This document shows positions 1-21,000 of a stretch of 64,000 nucleotides of DNA, piece by piece. The notes under the pieces are model-generated. The model saw only the letters and a program-made list of their open reading frames with translations, made no database searches and was not told the origin of the DNA. Source of the stretch: Utricularia gibba (taxonomy: Eukaryota > Plantae > Magnoliophyta); assembly GCA_002189035.1 (NCBI GenBank), contig NEEC01000004.1, positions 2,046,001 to 2,110,000 of the forward strand. Reading direction: 5' to 3'. Positions within the stretch are counted from its first letter, which is position 1, and each line of letters starts with the position of its first letter. A program made the translations under genes and the position numbers.

Positions 1-3195
<3,195 letters not shown>

Positions 3196-3437
3196 TGCTG
3201 TGGTAAGACCGGCCTTCAAAAAAACAATGCTGAGTTCAGTCCCATAAGCACGCATCTTGGCTTTCGAGGCCTGCAGAGATTTTAGCTTCACGGCAGCTTC
3301 TGCATTTCTGTTTGATTCTCCAGTTCCTGTCACTTAATGACGGTTTATCTCGTTTGGAAATTATATTTTTTCAGTTGAAATCACAATTACTCAAATCCAT
3401 GGTAAACAAGACTGCTTTATTGCATTGAGTTTCTGTT

Positions 3438-6400
3438 CTAGTTGAAAAGATCAAGTGTGATCTTCTTCAAGCTTGAAACAGCAGCCTTCATGTCCACCCT
3501 TTCTTTTGGAGTGTCAAGTGTGCAGCTGATGCCTAGTTCAATAACAGATCGCAAGCATCTTAGCTTCTCCGGCTCAAGTTCCTCCTGTAAGCTGGGATCC
3601 AAAATTTCCTGCACATCATCCAGATTGTCTTTTGCCCATTGCTTCATGGTTGAATCTCCATTGAAACGCTTGTCGCTCGGCTTCCGTCTTGTTAACATTT
3701 CGAGCAGCATAATCCCAAAACTATAAACATCACATTTAGGCGAAACCACACCATCCATTCCATATTCTGCAACCACAAAAATCCTGCTTTATCAGCCATT
3801 TTTTAGGTTCAACTGGTTTGAGGGGCAAGATCACACATACCTGGAGCCATGTACCCTAAAGTAGCAAGGGTCATGGTGTGTGTGGCGCTATCTTCCTTAG
3901 CCAGAAGCTTGGCCAAGCCAAAGTCGCTTAAATATGCAACCATATCTTGATCCAAAAGAACATTACTTGGCTTGAGATCACAATGAACCACTGGGACATG
4001 GCAACCATGGTGAAGATACTCTAATGCTGATGCTACATCTGTCATTATCTCTAACCTTTGCCTCAAATTCAGGTAATCGCTTTTGGAGTATAACAGTTTG
4101 TCAAGGCTTCCATTAGGCATGTATTCAAGAACCAAAGCTTTAAAGCTGTCATCTGACGTTGAGCAGCTGCTTATCACTTTGGTGAGATTTCGGTGCCTGA
4201 AGTTCCTAAGCACCTCACATTCTGCTTGGAAGCTTCGAGCCGATCCATCAAATTGCAGATTGAATACCTTGACAGCGACAAGCAACCCATCTCCCAAGAT
4301 CCCTCTATAAACGGCTCCATAGCTTCCAACTCCCAACAAGTTCCTCTCACTATACCCATCAGTGGCTTGCTCCAATTCTTTCACTGTTATGATTCTTTGT
4401 CTTAATGGAGAAGACATGTTAGGATCAATGTATGCTTGTCTTGGTTTTCTGCACTTCATTAGTATGAATATAGCAGCCATCACCGTAACAAAAACTCCAG
4501 TCAACGTTGTCACAACGATGATCCATATCCTTGAAAAATGAAAGTTTTCAGGACAATGTGAAACATGGAACCTTGAAGAGCCACAGAGTCCATTGTTCAT
4601 GAGAAAAGATTGGTATGTGAAATTTCTAAATGGACCATCTGAAGGTATTTCCCCACTAAGAGCATTGAAAGAAACATTGAAATCTATGAGGTACTCGAGC
4701 TTCTCCATGGACTTGGGAATATGACCTGAGAGATGGTTATGTGACAAGTCCAAGGTCATCAAACTTAACATATCACCAATTGTGTATGGGATAGAACCCT
4801 GAAATTGATTCATAGCTAAAGATATATTGATCACTGTGTGCATACTTCCTATAGCACTAGGAATTGTTCCTGAAAGAGCATTATCTGATAGATCAATGAA
4901 TATCAATGCTCTTAAGTTCCCAATGCTTGGACTAAGAAAACCACGAAAAGAATTCGAGGATAAGTCAAGATGTGTTAAATCTGCTATGCTCCAGAGGCTT
5001 CCAGGTAGGCTTGAACCAAATCTATTGATCCCCATGGAGAGCTGTCTTAGATTAGAAAGGTTCCCTATGCATTCAGTTATCGGTCCTGAAAATTGATTAT
5101 AGGACAGATCTAGAAAACCCAAGTTTCGGAATTCACAAAAAGAAGGCAAGAACGATCCAGTAAGCTGGTTCATTCCAAGGGATAATCTTTGAAGCTTCTG
5201 TAGGTTACCCATCTCACTTGGGACATCACCACTCAACTGGTTGTTCCTCAGAGATAAGGTTTCTAAACTGCTCAAATTTCCAATCTCAGTTGGTATGCTA
5301 CCCTTAAGTTTGCAGGTGCTTAGTAATAAGCTTCTGAGTGATGTGGAAAAATTTCCTACAGATGGAGGGAGGATACCATCCAAGGGGTTCCTGCTCAGCT
5401 CCACGACTTCTAAATCATTGCATTGAGTGAGGGAATCAAAGAAGCTTAGTTCTGAGGATCCAGCTGAAGTAAAGTGGTTATCATATAAGTTGAAACGTTG
5501 AAGTAGTTTCAGATCATTGCCAATTGAAACAGGAATAGAACCACTAAACTGGTTAGAATAAAGTTGGACAATCGCCAACTGTGAAGAATTGACAATAGAT
5601 TCGACAATGGGGCCAGTGAGATGATTGTCTCCAAGGTAAATCTCTTGCAGGTTTGGTAGATTGAAAAACTGGGATGTGGGAACCATGCCTGAGAAGTTAT
5701 TCTGGCCAAGGGATAACACTATTAAATCAGACATGTTGAAAAGACTTGTGTGTATGCTCCCATAGAGAAAATTAGAGTCTAATACCAGTAACTGTAACTG
5801 AGAAAGGCTGCCTATTTCTTGTGTCAACTCACCTAAAAGATCAAGTCACCAATCCGTAAGCTTGAAACATAGACACCATTGTTAGCTGATATCCATCTAC
5901 CATATCATACCTGACAACATGTTGTTGTTGAGATATATTGTTTCAAGTAGAGTCGAATTGCTGATCTCGTCAGGAATGGATCCATGCAGTTTGTTGAAAG
6001 GCAATGAAAAATAAACGAGTGAGGAAAGGTTGGATAGGATCACTGGTGGAATAGCGCCTGCAATGCTGTTGTGTTCCAATCCTAAATAATTCAAGTTGTA
6101 AAGCTGAGCCATCTCCTCTGGGACGTGTCCTGGTGGAATTCGAATGGATTCAGCGACAAAAAGCTCTGCAAATGCCAACTCCACTTGCTTTGAAAAAATG
6201 ATACGTACCTCCCAAATTGTTGAAACCAAGAAACAACTCTGTAAGTGCTGACATGTTTCCTATTTCTCTAGGCACAATCCCTCTGAACTCATTGTGAGAC
6301 AGCCGTAAAAACTCAAGCTGTGAACACTGAGACAAACTGAATGGTATTTCACCGGTTAGCTCATTATGAGAAAGAGCAAGTCCCCTAAGATTTAAACTAG

Positions 6401-7034
6401 CCCGAGCACATATATTCGATGGTAACTGTCCCGACAAAGTGTTGTTCCTCAGTGAAATAATTTCCAAGGTTGAAATATTAAACAGACTAGCAGGAATTGA
6501 GCCTGAAAGCTGGTTATTGTCCAGGTTCAAGTTCCTCAATCTTGGAGTCTCTCCTATTTCATCAGGGATCACCCCTTGGAGCGAGTTCCCTTCTAGAGAT
6601 AAGACAAGTAGCGAAGACATTGATGCAAACCAGGACTTTGGTATGCTGCCTGTGAAGCCATTGAGGCTAAGATCAATAATCCTTAGTCTGCGGCAATGAA
6701 GCAGCTCACTTGGGAGTCTCCCATGGAATGAATTTCCAGAAACGTTGAGAACGCGTAGAAAAGTAAGGTTTCCGATCTCCGGTGGGATAGTGCCGCCAAG
6801 GGCCATGCCGGAGATGTCGAGTTCAACGAGTCTCTGATGCCTGCGGCCACATACGACACCGGTCCAGTTGCAAAACCAAGTGTTGTTGCTCCAGTTACTT
6901 AGCAGAACATTGCTAGGATCTGCAGTAATGTGATTTTTCAGAGCAACAAGTGCTGACATATCAGACGACAAACCTGGCAAGGAGTGAAGCAGGAGAAGAG
7001 CAGAAAGTATGAAGAAGTGCAAAGATTTCCCCAT
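3438..7034 (-). CDS. LRR receptor-like Ser/Thr kinase, subfamily XII (EFR/FLS2/Xa21-like), non-RD; exons 7034-6209, 6129-5911, 5832-3841, 3766-3438 (1121 aa)
   Basis: Signal peptide MGKSLHFFILSALLLLHS, LRRNT cap CNWTGVVC, plant LxxLxLSxNxLxGxIP repeats, TM WIIVVTTLTGVFVTVMAAIFILM, and kinase GxGSYG, AVKVF, HCDLKPSN, DFG, GYMAPEYG. The four exons sum to 3366 nt and stay in frame. Confidence 0.93.
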
Positions 7035-7143
7035 CCTGATGCCTCAGCTGCAAACAAGCAGTGCAATCACAAATAAATAGGAGGCTGCTGCTCTACTAGC
7101 AACTTGTGTTGTAAGAGCTGTAGTGCGTCAACTTCGCACATCC

Positions 7144-7149
7144 AGTCAA
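7144..7149 (-). promoter_or_regulatory. W-box (TTGACT) about 110 bp upstream of the LRR-RLK ATG
   Basis: AGTCAA on the + strand at 7144-7149. A single hexamer could easily be chance; only its position near a PRR-type gene supports it. Confidence 0.25.
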
Positions 7150-7802
7150 GTGGAAAAGAAGCTCCCGTGTTTGCACGATGAACTTAATGGAATTCATTTC
7201 CACACACGTGTTCTAAAGGTTGGTACATCCCATCAGATAAAAATATTGTGGAAAATTAAAAAATTTTCATTGGATATTGCACTTCCAAAGCACTATGTTG
7301 CAATGATTATTAAGACGAATTTCAAACATACTATGATGTTCTTAGATTTTTTTAAAATGAAAATTGTCCATAAAATTGATGCTATGAAATAAATTATATA
7401 ATATATACGCTTTTTGAAATTATTTTATTTTGATGACTGCATTTAGTGACAATTTTTGAAAATATGTGTTTCATTATGGGTATAATTTTGAATTTTTTTT
7501 TGTAGTAGGCCAGGAAAGAGAACTTCTAGAAGGGCATGGAAAATTGAACGTGTCGGGTTAACCCGCCTACATAAACGGATGGGTCGAATTCTCGAAACTT
7601 CAACTTGGAATCTCGATTGATGACCACAAATGTGACCTGGATCCGCCCTTTGCCGAGATGGAAGATTAGACTACCACAAGCTTGACCCGGATCCCGCCTT
7701 CGCTAATTCTCAATGGCCGGTACCGTTGTGGCTGGCAAAAGGACTCGGTACCTGTGACCTTACAAATAGGAAGATCGTGCTCCCTGGGATTCTGTGTTTA
7801 CG

Positions 7803-10239
7803 ATGGCTTCAGGTAGGTTTTTTTTTTGCTTCATTTTTGCCACGATGCATCAGGCATCTGTGAAGATTGTGGGGTTTTGTCTTTATGGATCCTTTCGTGC
7901 AAAATTCTTCAATTTTCCTGCCGTTTTTTTCTTCTTACAGAGATTCGGTTATCGCGCGAACATCACCTTTCTGAGTTTGATGAGCATGTTTGTTTTTGGA
8001 AAAGTTTCCTTGTTCGTGCCGTTCATTGATATTCCATGATTCATGAATGTGCTGGCGTAAGATTTTTTTTTTTTACTCTTTACAGATTGTGGGACGGCTA
8101 CAGAACTTGAATCAGCTTTTCGTTTGAGGGCAGCCCAATTCCTGGTCACTCATAGACCATGGCTAGGTAAACAGCCCAAGCTTAGCTTTCCTGTTTATTT
8201 GCATGATGCGAATATGATTTTCCAATATAATATAGTCATTTTGTGATAATCAAGTGTATGTTGGCATTAGCTGAGATAAGCGCAACTCTGAGATAATGCC
8301 ATTACTTTGTAAAATGACCATTTATTTTTTTTTCCCTCAGATCTTTACGGAATTAATGTTAGGCCTGTTGTACCGTTCAGTAGTTTGAGTAGCAAGCCAT
8401 CCGTTGAAACAGCACTCATACACCGTTGTTTGCCCGATGAATTACTTTTTGAGGTATCACCTTGCAGTTCCAGTTTTTAATTATTGAGAACGTAGGTTGG
8501 CCATTAGTCTCTTCTCGTTCCCTCTTTGCAAGCCAGTTTTTAATCATTAGTTTTTGTTAATCTTCACAATTGTCTGTCAACTTCGTAGCATATTGTCATT
8601 TTTGAAACACTGAGTGTATTTAGATGGAGCAAGGATAAAAAGACAGGGACATGCAATGATGTCGTTGAATTAATAAGAAAACAGGAACACTGGTTCCTGT
8701 TTGTTCACATAATGCACTTCAAGATTTTTTAGCCTACTCTGGAGTATAATTGCTCTGATGGCTACTAGCTTGGAAGGAAATGATAGTTGTTTTTTTTCTT
8801 GATTTCCCCCTTCTTCGTCATAACTACAAGTAGTTATTATTTTATTATAGATTTTCCTAAAAGTAACTCCATACGCACTGGGCAAGGCAGCCTGTGTTTG
8901 CCGAAAGTGGAGATACACAATTCGCAATCCTGTGTTTTGGCGCAATGCATGCTTAAAAGCATGGCAGGTAGACTGTAATAAAACATTTATTTTCTTTGGA
9001 TGCTTATGGGTTTATTGTATGACATACTGGCTGTTTGGTAGATCGATGGAGTATCTTCAAATTATAAAACACTGCAATCCAAGTATGATGGCTCTTGGAG
9101 AAAAATGTGGCTCTCAAGACCAAGAGTTCGGACTGATGGTATAAAATAATTTTATATCATCGAATTCATGCCCATTTCTGACTTATGCGGATGGATATCT
9201 AGGCCTTTATGTCAGTCGGAATACGTACATACGTGCTGGAGTTGCAGAATGGAAGATATCAAATCCCGTGCACATTGTATGACAGCTCCAGTGAATTATT
9301 TCTTCCTAGAAAATTTAATGCATTTTAAAATGCAAGTGTGAATTAACTTCTGTTCGTTCATTCAGATGTATGGGCCTCCACTTAAACATTATGTATGTGT
9401 TTTCAGGTTTGCTATTTTCGGTACTTGAAATTTTATCCCTCAGGAAGGTTTCTTTACAAGGTAGCTATCACTTCCAGCTCAGCATATGTTACCTCTTAGT
9501 TGATTGTAGTATTTTCTTTGGAGTTCATCTGTAAAAACATTCTTTTTCTCTCCTGATCATGCACAGAATTCCTCTCAGAAAGTTAAGGACGTGGTGAAAT
9601 GCATGAATTTCCGTGCCTCAAAAGTTGATTGCGTCTTCAGTGGACAATACACATTGTCTGATGATAAGGTTGGTGGCAACATTCATTCATCGTCATATTT
9701 CTTCCTCCAAGGCTTAAGGTGACCCTTTCCACTTCTTTTTGTAGTTGGAAGCTGCATTGCTGTATCCTGGTTTGCGCCCCACGGTTCTAAGATTCCGTTT
9801 AAGGTGCTTCTCATGCCTTTCTGGCCATTCCTCTGGCTTACATTGTCAACGTAACATCTTCATGGAGCTTGATCACGATGCAGATTAAGGGGGACAACAA
9901 TGGGTTCTAACAACCGAATTGATCTGATTTCGCTTGTCACGAGTGGGGTGGGCGACTCAGAGGCCAGTGGTCCTGATAATGACATTCTAGGAATAGTGGA
10001 AGGATGGGAAGAAAATGAAACGCACAACCCAGATGTGCCCGCGATTTCGCACAAGCGAGGGCTCACTCCATTTGTGTTTGTCCCATTTGATGAGGTATGC
10101 CTTTCTTGTTACTCGCACCTGCATGCAGCCAGCGGCACACATGCAAATGCAGTAGTTGTTACCCCCACCTTTTGTGCAGGCGGAGACATCGGTACTGAAT
10201 CTCCCTGCGGACAAGATGGATTATTTCCTTCCCGGCTGA
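7803..10239 (+). CDS. FBP7: F-box protein 7 (FBP7/SKIP32-like), multi-exon
   Basis: Spliced peptide [107 protein letters not shown] (10237-10239). Confidence 0.92.
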
Positions 10240-11134
10240 AGACGAAAGAACAGTGCGTGTAAATAGTGGAGCCATTCGTCTCCATGTAAGGTTTACTGTA
10301 CATACAACCCTCAACTGCTGGCTGCAATAAGGCGAGGAAATCTCTGTGTTTTTTGTATGTCTGTATGCTTCATTCCACCTCCTTTCTTTCTGTGGTATGT
10401 GTACTGTTACCTTAACGCTTGGTTGCCATCACTTCCAGTAGTTGAGATGCACAGATTTGACCGTGAACGGAGATATATGTTGAAAAAGGAGAACCCTGCT
10501 CCATTATGGAGAAATGTACAATTATTAAGGTTATTGATTTGTTGTTCTTTGACGAAATTCATATCCGCATTAGGAAGGAAACACACTCGGGGCACCCCCC
10601 GCAGTGCGTGCCTGATTGATGTAGGTGCAATCCTGAGAGACTAGGCATTAGCCATTAATCATGACTTGGTTTTTTGGGATTTTTTAAACCCGATTAATTA
10701 TCGGGATATTTGTTATGAAGTATGATGTGCAGGTGTAAATATATCACTCAGGAATAAGTAAATTCACCGAATATCACTCAATTATTTGCTATTATCATTT
10801 AATTATATAATTATTTATTTTCATATTTCTTTTGATTTTCTATAACTCTATACCGATGGACTAATCCGGAGTTAATAAACTACTGAATTTATATATTCAT
10901 GGAGATAATATTATAATTTTTACAAACCTAGTAATATAAAATATCTATATTCAACTCAAAGGTACTAAATTATTTAAACAAGTTAAATTCACTCACCAAA
11001 TCGTATTTTTCATATAAATTCACCCATTCATATTTATCAAAACTCAAGATCTTAATCTACCCATCAAACTAAGCCTACAACAGTCACGTCCAATGCCTTC
11101 AAACCTTACCTCAATCAGGTCTACGGTTTTACCA

Positions 11135-12201
11135 TCAGAAAAGCCATCTGAGACTAGTATTACCGAGCCATATGAGGAGTGGGAACTGCGCCAAGGCAAT
11201 GAAGAGCAACAAGTAATGATGCCTGCTAGAATCGTAGCTTCTAACCTCTGCGAAGAGAACTCTCTTCATAGTTTTCACCAGAAACACTCCCATTGATAAG
11301 CTCGTCCATGGGAGCAAAAAATAGCATGCGTAACCCCAGAACATTTTCCCCAGTAAGGCTACTGAAAGACCCGCAAATGTATATCCAGCATAGGCGACAA
11401 TATCGAGCAAGGGAGCTTCGCCGCTGCCCAGGGAGAACAATGTCATCTTCAGTAAAGAGACCTGAAAGGCCCACCCCACCATCCCCTTTATAAATAACCA
11501 GTTTACAGCTTCGGGATTAAACCTGGAGATCATATAGTTGAGTGAGAATTGGCAGCTGATTCTGAAGCTGCTATGGGAAAGAGCAGGTGATGTTGGATTA
11601 CATTCCATGAAGACCTAAAGAGAGGCCGGCAAGGACTACGTAGGTTCCAAAAGCCATTAGAGGTATGTACAAGTCTGGAGCATTAATGTCGTAAATTGGG
11701 GGCTTATAGGAGAGTCTGCCACCCACTGGTTCTGTAATTCTTGTCCAGTGACCCTGAAGGAAATATTAGACACATGAGCTAGATAAAGCACCATACTGCA
11801 ATTAAGAATAGATGCCAAGGGGGTGAAGTCCTCTTTCAAACAAACAGAGCACTTACTCTGTGAAGGAAGGGAAAAAGAACAACCGTCAACTTATTCTTCA
11901 CATAGTGATCATTGACTTGAAAGTAGTATAGTGCGTCGGAGAAATACCTGCTGATCTGTTTGTGATAATTGCAATACAATAAGAAATATGGACCTGAAAT
12001 TTCCTTGTGGTGAAGATCTCAAATGATACTCACATTGCTTTGTACGTATTCAGAGCTGGATCCTAAAATCTTCTCGCCATAGGAACCCAGTCCACCTCGA
12101 ATGAAACCAGAACTTCCACCATAAAATCCATTTCCAAATGGACTTGTTAATGGATTTGGTGGCCTGTGCACACCGGGTGGCATACCAAGATTGTCGTACA
12201 T
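11135..12201 (-). CDS. YIF1: YIF1 family ER-Golgi membrane protein (Yip1 domain)
   Basis: [73 protein letters not shown], ending RWLF. Three GT..AG introns keep the frame. Confidence 0.92.
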
Positions 12202-12877
12202 TTCTCAGAAACCTGAAAATGCAGCCATAGAGCTCTGATAACCGAACACAGATAAGTGTTTTAGGGGTTAAATTGATGAATATTCAGAATCGGAATTTCA
12301 TGTACGTTAGCAGTACTATCCGATGAACCTAAAATGCACCAAGCTCAGACGCGGCATTCAGTATATTAAAAGGTTGATTTCATGCCATAAAAAAAGCGAT
12401 TCAAGAATAACTCATCCGGAACCAAAATAACCCAAAGTCAATCTCCAATGATGATTCCACTCTGTTCTTGCAAACACGAGAAAAAATCGGATTCTTATAA
12501 CACCTCCGCGATCAGGAACTTTCACTCCGAGAGTTGAAGAATACGTAAAAAAACAAGCTAAGCATGAAATGGTAAATATAGCAGAAACTACTAAATCGCA
12601 GGTCGACCTGATGGAGGCCTGCCGATCATCAAAGAAAATGCATAACGATCCACATAACAAATACCTCGAAGCATTTCAATGATCAACAATCAAGGAAGAC
12701 AAGCAAAAAAAATACGGAATCCTGCCTCTCAAAGAAGATCGCTAATGGCGGTAAATGAATCGCGAAGCACAGTGCTGTTCCTTGGCTCCCAAGGATCCAA
12801 AGAAATGTCCAAGCGTCGGAGCAGAAGGATGTAGAGCCTTTCTTTAAAGAATTTTAAATTAAAACACAACATCTCAA

Positions 12878-12946
12878 ATATATAGTACATTGCCGGGGTG
12901 ATAGTGGGCCGCCAGTCCGTTAAACACGCAGCCCACTTTATCCACC
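12878..12946 (-). promoter_or_regulatory. Probable YIF1 core promoter: TATA-like CTATATAT plus an inverted pair of site II/TCP motifs
   Basis: Minus strand reads GTGGGCT...GGCCCAC followed about 20 nt later by CTATATAT. It lies upstream of a plausible 5'UTR exon with a donor at 12665/12664. Confidence 0.45.
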
Positions 12947-13329
12947 AAGGGGTCGCAACCACTTTACGCTCAAAACTGTTACATGGCAGGACCAACATAA
13001 ACCTAACGCTTCGCTGGAGAATGCCGTTTTCATCAAGACAAGAGCAGAATACTAACTGCAAGATGAAGAATACTCAGGATAGTCCTTTTCCTCATGAACA
13101 TGGAGGAAGCACAATATAAAGGACAACAAGGCCAGATATGCGTGGCGGGGGAATAGATAAAGTAGACTTCATTGTGCTGTGCGGAGCCAAGGGAGGAGAG
13201 GAGCCAGCTTCTCTCTTATATTGGCACAGGTACACTGCTCTTTATTTAAGAACATGATCATACTGAGGAGCCCAAGTGAACTTCAAAAAATAATCATGCA
13301 GGTGCTAGCTGATCGATTCTACGATGGCT

Positions 13330-17250
<3,921 letters not shown>

Positions 17251-18098
17251 GGACTCCGATGCAGTAACTGACGGAAATCACGGGGTTGCATTTTATTACA
17301 CCAAACGTGGGGACGGCAACGCCATCAAGGCTAACTTTGCAAGATGCGTCTGTCAGAAGGTGGCCTTACTGGGTCCGGATATTCCCTCCGAATATCGCTT
17401 ACATTTGGGAAAATTTTTTAAAAATTGTATAAAAATTGAAAAATATGTTAAAATGGAAATTTATATATGTTTGAAAGTATTCTTTTAAAATAATTATTGT
17501 AGAAATAATATATGATTGGAATATAAAAAACAAAATTCTTATAATAGAATTATATCTTTATTCATATTTCTTAATAATTATATTTTATAAATTAAAGAAT
17601 TATATTTCATACATTATTTTATACATAAATATTATACAAATTTGTAAATCATATTTATTTTGACTCGCAACAAATTATTTATAAAAAATAAATAGAATTA
17701 TAAATTTAAATTTCAAAATTAATTCTTAAAAATTAAAGAATTTAGTATATGATTGAAAGATACCATCAAGTTTATAAAAATAAAATTGATTTTTAAACGT
17801 TATTCCAATAATGTTTTACAAAATAAATGTACATTAATGCTTCTTACCTTGCATTAATTGGGGGACTTGTGAAGTAACCCAATCCTAATCTTTGGGACCG
17901 GCCTCTCACCTCCAAAGTGGCCATTGAAAAAAAAAAAAAAAGAAGAAACCAAGAAGACGTAAATTTGAGTTTTATCCTGAAGATGTCCTTTGTTTAATAG
18001 TAAATTTGGAGTCTTATCCTGCAGATGTTCACTGTATTTACATGGACACAGCTCCCTCAATGGCTGAAGCTCACCAGTTGTCTCAAAGTTCGCCGCAG

Positions 18099-21000
18099 TC
18101 AAGCCAACGTCGCCCTTTTGCCTTTCGCTTCTCTTGACTGCAAGAAAAAATGGCGTCCGTGCCAATTTGGTGGGTTGCAAGACATGAATGGGGGTGAATG
18201 AGTGAAATAAACAGACGGAGAAACCAAACCTGCGAGGCAAGAGATCGTTTTGAATCAAGAAACTGGCTGTAGATAGAATACAGCCTTCGTTTCTCGGATT
18301 CGGAAACGGATGGCTTCGCCTTGGATGCCACGGATATAAGAAGATCATTGCTGATGATGACAGGTTTTTTGTTGTGGGAATCTAAAACCTCGTGAACAGC
18401 TTCAAGTTGGGCATCGGATAGGAGGGCTTCAAGGTCTGCTCCGCTGAAGCCCTCTGTCATATGAGATATGCCTTCCAAGTCGACATCAGTGGCCATTGGT
18501 AACTGCAGGGGAAAAACTCAAATTCAACCAGAAGTCAAGTACCATATGGAAAGGGAGGGAGCAATATTCGGGTGGGAACCTTTCTTGAAAGGACCTGAAG
18601 AATGTCCAGTCTTTCTTGCTGTGATGGGAAATCACAAAACAAAAGTCGGTCAAGTCTACCAGGCCGCAAAAGCGCAGCATCGAGCAAATCCGGTCGGCTG
18701 TTGAGGGAAAAGCCTCTTCTTTTTAATGCTTTTCCACCAGTTGATTCAGAAAGACAGGATATATATATATAGCGGGATTCTAGAACATGTCTGAGCAGTG
18801 AAAAGTCCATGCAGAACGTTTGTGACCGTATAAAAAAAGCACTGAAAAGATAGCATAGCTTACCTTGTGGCAGCAAAAACAAATACACCTGTCAATACTT
18901 CAACTCCATCTAATTCTGTCAGAAACTGAACAGCAATTGACGAATATGAGAAGGCAATACCATGCATGTTGGAAGAAATAAACGGGGGGAAGAGAGAGCT
19001 TGCCTGATTAACGACTCTGTCAGTCACACCAGTATTATCATGCCCTCTCTTTGGTGCGATAGAATCAAATTCGTCAAAAAACAATATGCATGGAGCAGCA
19101 GCAGCAGCTTTTGAGAAGATATCCCGTACCTGCAATTGTTCATTCCTTACTGCTGTCAATATAATATTTGACTATGAGGTGGCATTCAACCACACCGGGT
19201 CACCAGATCTTACAGCATGTTCAGAAGCACCGATATATTTGTTTAGCAACTCAGGGCCCTTCACTGAAATGAAGCGCAAGGAACAGGCTGCAGCGGCGGC
19301 ACCAACAATATGCGTTTTCCCACAACCAGGGGGGCCATACAAGAGAATGTTGGACCGCATTCTTAGTGGGGCTTGAGCAAAGATAGCTCGAAATTTGGAG
19401 GGCAGCTCGATCATCTAATTTCAGAAAAAAGGCGGCGTAAAAAGATGTTTTAGAATGTGGCATGTAAAGTGAACATAGAGAGCACTAGCATTGACCACCT
19501 AACCTCTTTAATACCCCTCTGAATATCCTTGAGGCCTCCAACATCCTCCCAGCCAGACCGAGCAGCTACCGTGCCTGGTTTAGTCAGGTCGCGCATGGCC
19601 ACTGGAAGAAAATTTAGCATGGCGTGAAGAAAGTCATTCTTAACAAGTGCAGGATTCTCATTTTCTCCTGTTCCTGGCTGAGTAGACAATGACCGACCAA
19701 TGGCAGCATGCACAGATCTGTCAACCAGTATTTCCTGAAGGTGGATAAATAATAAGTTGAACTTTAGTGCTATTTCATCGTAAGCACGTGTTCTGAATTC
19801 AACGACATACCAGATCATAAGCATCGTAGCCATCACATTTAGATGCTATCTCTGACAATAGCTCCTCTGAGCATCGCAAGGATCTCTTCTGGATCTCATG
19901 TTTGAGTATCCCAGAACGTTCAGCAGCAGCAGGCGCAGGCAAATTGACATGGAAGTCAAACCTTCCTATATCCAGTCAGGACTAGTTATCTTTACTAATA
20001 AACAATACAAAGTTACATACCAAACTCAGATTACCAACCAGAAGACCTCAAGCTCTGTGGCAAACTTGTCAACGATTGTGCTGTAGCTACAAATGCAATT
20101 GGGCCGATTCCACATGAGCTTCGTGCATTTTCCTGCACACATGATGCAAAACACATAAGGCAATAACAATTCGCAGAAAAATATTTACTGGAAAATACGC
20201 ATTTATGGGCAATGCTATGGTACTGCAGCGCATTCTATCAAACCGGCAAAACCTCCTCCACTCATACATACCCTTTCACAGCCAACCAATTCATGCCTCC
20301 GTTACAGTTAGAGAATAGGATCATAAAAAACATTCAAGTTCAAATAGAGGATAGACCAAAGTACTACCGAATATTCATCCAATAGATCAGCAATAAACTC
20401 AGTGAGTGCAGTAGAAGATATTGAAGGTTGAGAGCCCTCCAAGTCTGAAGCCGGAGCAATGAGACTATCAAGGTCGTCCAAGATAATGACGGAGGGTGCA
20501 AAATCTAAAGCTTCTGAAAAGTAGCCAGAGAGAGTTTGTTGGGCAGTTTGAGGCCTCTCCAAACTGACTCTTGAACAAGAGACAAAAACTCTGCACATGT
20601 AAAGAAACACCCAAATGAAGATATTTTATCACCAGCACGCACAGCAACAAATGGAAAAAAACAAAGTGGTCCAAAATTTTGAGCTTCAATTTAAAAACAG
20701 AAGAAAAGGTAGAAATGGAAAAATAAGAACAAAATTGTACATTGATTTTCATCATTAGAATCCAAGGGTACTAGGCCACCAAAAATTCAGACCACGTCAG
20801 CATTCTCAAAAGCAAGGAAAAACACATACACATGAGCCAAAATATCTTTACATTCTTCAATAGATCTCGCAGAAACCTTAGCCAGTAGTGTTTTTCCAGA
20901 ACCCTAAGCATTGAAGTTTTGCAGTAAGAAAATAATATCTGGAAACAGAAGACATTTCGATATCATGGAACCATGCCAACTCGTAAACACATATATAAGA

